NCBI GenBank assembly: GCA_965655095.1
Contig: OZ296648.1
Span: 6,076,001 to 6,140,000 of the forward strand
Source of the DNA: Haplodiscus bocki
Lineage: Eukaryota
DNA: 64,000 nt
Direction: 5' to 3'
A model generated the notes under the pieces. It was given only the letters and a program-made list of their open reading frames with translations. It made no database searches and was not told the origin of the DNA. The first letter of the stretch is position 1; every line of letters begins with the position of its first letter. Shown here piece after piece: positions 59,010 to 64,000 of this stretch. The translations under genes were made by a program, and so were the position numbers.

Positions 59010-59887
59010 ATTCAGATGGCTGGATAAATTGAGCATTTTCATCAATATATGAAAACAAATTTGTCTGATAATTGTTCATTGTGTTTCCTTAATTTGGCAA
59101 ATCGAGGCATTCAAAGCACTGGCACTGATCGTTGGAGTAGCCCAAGTCGATTGACAGCGTGTTATTATGATGTGATGCGTTGATGTTGCCAAAACCACGC
59201 TTCAACAGGTCAATGAAGTCAATCACGGAATCTTTGAAGGGTGCATCAGAGCGTTGCAGCTCCACCAGCTTTTTGCTAAGATAGCTCAGTTTTTCCAGAT
59301 CAACATCATCGTCAAACTCTGTAACTGGTACGATGGAACTCCCATGTTAGATTGAATTTACATTCCAGTCCGTTAGTTGTTGCGGCATTCATCATTTCCT
59401 TGACCTTTTCACCATGAATGAAAGAGGTTGTTTGTTGACAATGTAACTTCAGTTTTGAAGCAAATCTCGGGGTAAGTGATTGCATAGAGCTTAGCTACGC
59501 AGTTTTTGATTTTGAATATTTTGTCTTTTTCGGTGAGAATATCCCCAATTGTTTCTTTGATGAACTTTTCTGCTCCGACAAAAGACTTTAGATGTAGCAG
59601 AATGTGATAGTGATCGTTTTGTATTTGAGAGCATCGTCTTATGTTCCACCAATCTTGCTGACTGTGTGTTTTCTCACCGTATATTCACGACTTGTCGCCC
59701 TAAGCAGTTGTTTCAAAAAGCTCCATAGACTTTTGGGGAATATATTTTCGCTCTGATCTTGACATTTTTTCTTCGATACTCTAGGAGCAGGTGGCTGAGA
59801 AACATCATCAGCTGCGACTATCTCTTCGTGTGTGTAGAAGACAAGGTATTGAAAGTGAGAAGGAACTTCACGGAAGACGCTTGTCAT
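59010..59887 (-). pseudogene. Polinton 2 orphan protein (disrupted homologue of 25121-25972)
   Basis: MTSVFREVPSHF at the N-terminus; LVELQRSDAPFKDSVIDFIDLL and CQCFECL further downstream. Confidence 0.72.
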
Positions 59888-60388
59888 GGCGAAGGTTAGA
59901 CATATTATGACCAACGTCTAAAGCGAGATATCTTTATCTTATCGTTGTTACGTGAGTAGAATTTTCCTTAATTACGTGTTCGGACGTTTCCGTTGTTATG
60001 GTTTTTCCACTGTAAATGTACTTCTAGCACAGACCGTCCGTTGAAAAGTCGCGAGGTGGCTTCGAGTTGCAACTGTTGCGTTCGTATACGATGTTCGGAC
60101 GGTTTGTGCCAGAAGGACATTGGAGCGAAGTCAGAATTAGACTCTTTGTTTTATTCTAACTTATAAAGAATGCCATTCTTCGTGTTTTACAAACTGTTAC
60201 CTCCTTATGACTTTACTTGGTTACTCTACCTTCTTATTATGGCCAACATATTGATGGAAATGGAAATAAAGGTTAGACGTATCAAATTGAATTTTTGAAA
60301 AAAAATTGATTTTTTTTTCATTTTTGGAATACATGGAAGCCCTATCTATACACTGAGGTCTTCATGTGTGGTAAAGGGTGAAGCAACG

Positions 60389-60495
60389 TGTTAGTTGAAC
60401 GTTTGCAGGCGATATTTCTGTTTATTTAACTGTCAAGATAGAGAAAATTTATTGGGAGCCATCTACGGTGCGAACACCCCCCTATCCTTACTACT
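60389..60495 (-). repeat. Right TIR of Polinton 2
   Basis: Ends ...cctatccttactact, followed by the TSD ggtacc. Confidence 0.92.
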
Positions 60496-61552
60496 GGTAC
60501 CACAAAAAGATTGGGACAAAAGTTTTATCGGAAAACCTTTGTGATGGTGTGATGGCAACAAAATGGGGGCTTAGTTTTTCAAAGTGTTCGAGAGTACTGA
60601 GACAACTTCGTCTCAAAATTTTGGGTTGTACGGCGTCTCGAATCCGTACTATGGCTTTCAAAACCTTTTGTCCTATCCTCTAGACCACAAGAAGACCAAT
60701 TTGCATCGTGGGAAATGCACCGGATGTCAAATTCGAATTTCAACGAGTCTGGAGATGCTTCTCCTTTCCCGCCCGGATTTTTTTCGACTGGAAGTTACTA
60801 GGAACAGCAAATTCTTCCCGCGTCTTTTTTTGTGACTAACTGAGAGAAGCCATGAAAGCTCAAGTCGGCTATGACTTTAAGGTGGATTATAGGCGAGTTA
60901 TCATTTTTTTTGTCTCTTTCCAAAAACTTGGTTTTTGGTAAATGCAAATTCGATCGTCGTATTTTTTGCATCTAATCAGATGCGGCATAAACAGATGTTG
61001 TAAAGTGAGTCTGCGAGTGGTTCCTATGAATGCCAATTCAATCAATTAGTTTTATGGCACAATTAAATATCGGTCAATTTTATATCATTGGAAATTTCCA
61101 CAGCGATCGGGAAAAGTAATTTCTTCCCAGCCATTGTCACAACAGGTGACACTGAAATTAGTGGTGGCCGCTTTATTTTAAGGTTCCGCCCCAAAATACC
61201 CAAAGCCAGCATACCCAAGATTTAAACAACCATACCAATTGAATAGTTGAAAGCTTCTCAAGATTACTTAAATGTTGCTTAATTACGTAGTTGATTTTGT
61301 AATTTTGATGATGAATATTATTTCTCCTTACAGAAAAATTCTACACGCCATTTTGAATACACTGCACAAAATATGTGCCACATCTAGCATCTACTTTGCA
61401 GAAACTCTTTATTTTGGAATTTAGTTTTTTGAAAACTCGAAGTTATGATCTAAAATTATGGCAAAAACGAAAAAGGCAGATAAATGTGAAAGGCAAAAAA
61501 GGTAATCAAGGCTCAAATCCGCGATTTTCACTGTTCTGCAAAAAATGGAGGT

Positions 61553-61640
61553 ATCACAATTTTGTCTCACAGTGCCAAAAATTTTGCGGGGAGTCACAAT
61601 TTTTGTCTCACAGTGCCGAAAATTTTGTGGGTGACCCTTT
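61553..61640 (-). repeat. Short remnant of the 122-bp satellite family, reverse orientation
   Basis: ttgtctcacagtgcc occurs twice, 41 bp apart, and is the reverse complement of the ggcactgtgagacaa core at 40.0-40.5 kb. Confidence 0.7.
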
Positions 61641-62780
61641 AGTGTTTTCAAAGAATTGTTGAAATTACTTTTCGTGTTTTTGGAAAACGTCAAAGTTTGA
61701 AAACTTTGGGTGGCCATTACCAAAAAAATAATAATGAAAAGTATTAATTCTAAAGTCTTGAAAACATTTTGAGAAAATTATTTAGTGTGAAAATTTTCCG
61801 ACAAGAAATACTAAATTTTGGAAATGCAAGTTTTCGTTTTTAACAGAAACTAGTTAAAATTTTTCAAAAATGTTTTTTTTGTTCAAGATAATTTTCTGGA
61901 AGTATTTTGACTTGTGGTATTTTAATCTGAGACCACCAATATTTTGAAACATCATTAACTTTAACGTAATTAGTAGCGTCTTGAAACTTTTAGCGTTAAG
62001 ACGCTGTTAAATATTTAATTATTATAGTCATTTCAATCTTGTGTATTTTGGCCTGCCACCCTTTAGTAATACACAACTGATATTCTGCGGTTTTTATCAA
62101 GAAGCGGGGTTATATTTAGGGGAGTACAATGGAAAGTTGCTGATGCTGAGGGGAGGTTGTAGAAAGGAGGGAGAGGGGGTCCTAAAAATTTATATGCTTT
62201 AATCAGTCCCAAATTTGGATTTACTAATGTTTCCACAACAGTTATATCAGTTCAGGTCTGGAAAGCGTACAATTTGGGAGTCGCATACTATTGAAAGTGC
62301 AGTCATGTGCAGGAAAAATATTGTAACAATTTCAACAAATTACAAGATATATTCCAAGGTTCGAAAGTAGAAAGGTTTGCCAATTTTGAGTCTTGGCCAG
62401 TACGAGAGGGGTGATGACTCTTAATAGGAACGTAGGAACCGCGGAGTTCATTAATATTCTTTTGCACTGCTGAAAGGTTAAAGTTCGAGGAAATGACAAA
62501 ACCAAAGTATGTCCTGGAAGTCTAGGGTTACAGGTTCGAGACATCACTAATCCCAAAATTTTTACACTCAGAATTTTTGAACACCTTGAAAAACAGTTCA
62601 TGATACCACTTACTTTTTTTCTCATACCAAGTTTTTCGATACGAGAACTTATTTTGAGGACAATTGTCCAAATTAAATTTTGTGATACATATTTTGAACT
62701 TTACGGGTAGCGACTACGTGATCGTTCCGGGCTCGTTCTCTTCAATATTTTGGTATGCTTTCTGAAAGCTTCTTTTTTAG

Positions 62781-62876
62781 GCGTTGATCCCATTACAAGA
62801 ATGAATTTTGGCAAACTAATCAGAACAGCGAAGAGAAATGGATCCACTATCATCATAAGCTCACACACTATGGAAG
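62781..62876 (+). CDS. ABCA transporter exon 5
   Basis: TTTTTTAG|GC GTT GAT CCC completes LDESTTG-VDP; contains the H-loop SSHTME. Confidence 0.9.
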
Positions 62877-63207
62877 GTTATATCTTATTTTACCCAGTTC
62901 CACAGCCCTTTTACTGTTTGATCACATACTTATGCTATTGGACGCATTGACTGAAGATTTCTAGGAGCCAGCATTTCATCATTCTGTCCTGAGATATCCA
63001 ACATTGCTGTATTTTTTTGAAATTAAACGTTAATGTTCGCAATTCGAGAAGCGATCATAAGTTTTTTTGCCTTAAATTTGTTGATAAGCTTCAGATAAAA
63101 TTGAATCTTTGGAAAGTTCTCCGATATTTTTCCTGTTTCATCGATGCCGAAATCTATTGCTAGTTCTTTTTGTTGCTAGTTTTTTGGATGGTTTTTGTTG
63201 TTTGTAG

Positions 63208-63806
63208 AATGTGAAAGTGCAGCTGATTCTATTTGCATAATGACGCGAGGCAGAAAACATTGCGAAGGCACGGCCGAAGAGCTGAAAAGCCAGTACGGCA
63301 AGTTCTACACTGTCACCATCAAGGTGCATGAACAGGCTCGAACGGCGGAAGGGCAGAAAGTGCTGAGTTATGATAGCCGCGCAACGGACGCCCCGAACAA
63401 GCTGCAAGTGAATCTGACCGGAGAAGACCGACCTGATGCCCCACCATCCTCTTCCTCTCAAGAATATCCCCCCGTCTATTCTACTCCAGGGTCATCCTTC
63501 GCCCCTCCCCCTTACGTGGCTCCACCCAGCACAGAGAATCTGAGTAGCTTGTTGATGCAGCAGTTTGAGGGTGCAGAGTTACAGTACAGCTTCACTGCGG
63601 GTCTGTTCCGACACCTGTTTTTCAACATCCCCAAACAGAACACCTCTCTCAGCGCGCTTTTCTCTCGACTGGACGCCATGAAAAGACAAAACTTGTTCGC
63701 AGAGTGCATCGTCAGCACAGCCTCTCTCGAACACATATTTATGCAAATTGCAATGGAGGACGAATATGCAAAAAATAATCCCACTGCAGCTACTGGAAAT
63801 CATTGA
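63208..63806 (+). CDS. ABCA transporter exon 6 (terminal)
   Basis: Joins as SHTMEECESAADSICIM..G...C.GT..ELK..YG; SLSALF and SLEHIF motifs. The six exons total 4794 nt, an open frame of 1597 aa plus stop. Confidence 0.92.
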
Positions 63807-64000
63807 GATCTCATACTTTGACGGTGATTTTGGCACATTTAATTGTTTGGACATTGTGTATATATAGTACGCATTTAAAAAGGTGTTTCTGCGACATCCC
63901 ATAATTAGCGTTGAAAAATGCTAGAATATTTAATGGTAATTAGCCGACATACTCTAACTTGTCCATTTGAAAACTTATTTGTTTTGCACAATTTTTTTGG

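Larger units (their letters stand above)
45787..60495 (-). mobile_element. Polinton/Maverick endogenous DNA virus 2 (14.7 kb, complete ends, decaying), inverted relative to element 1
   Basis: AGTAGTAAGG...CCTTACTACT termini, ~110-bp TIRs and TSD GGTACC (45781-45786 / 60496-60501). Full core gene set. Confidence 0.97.

Noticed and set aside
24466-60495. The two Polintons as arms of one giant inverted duplication, or as free-virus contamination
   Set aside because: They have different TIRs and TSDs and clearly diverged proteins, and each is flanked by its own TSD inside a host intron.
60496-61300. Polinton 2 nested within another transposon
   Set aside because: The flanks look repeat-like, but no termini, TSD or coding signature can be shown within this window.

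Overview
AT-rich eukaryotic (invertebrate-like) genomic DNA in two parts. (1) 1-22.8 kb is a recent tandem segmental triplication. The ~11-kb unit carries a decayed full-length CR1/L2-type LINE, a ~110-bp satellite and exon-like remnants of an unidentified minus-strand gene, with Ty3/gypsy debris. (2) 23.2-63.8 kb is an apparently intact six-exon ABCA transporter gene (+ strand, ~1597 aa by my splice model). Its two ~17-kb introns each hold a complete, independently integrated Polinton/Maverick endogenous DNA virus: 24466-38734 (TSD TCTATT) and 45787-60495 (TSD GGTACC), in opposite orientations. The two elements are diverged relatives with the same gene order: orphan, PLA2-like, 2-TM protein, packaging ATPase, two small ORFs, integrase, penton, core protein, major capsid protein, protease, and a convergent pPolB. 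Comparing them shows shared unusual traits. The integrase has an N-terminal PHD finger and no C-terminal chromodomain. The pPolB gene has a GT-AG intron at the same position and phase in both. The pPolB starts with three C2H2 zinc fingers and has a candidate spliced acidic tail. TGACAG motifs cluster at the element ends. Both elements are decaying through stops and frameshifts. All family calls come from motif recognition by eye; no database search was run.
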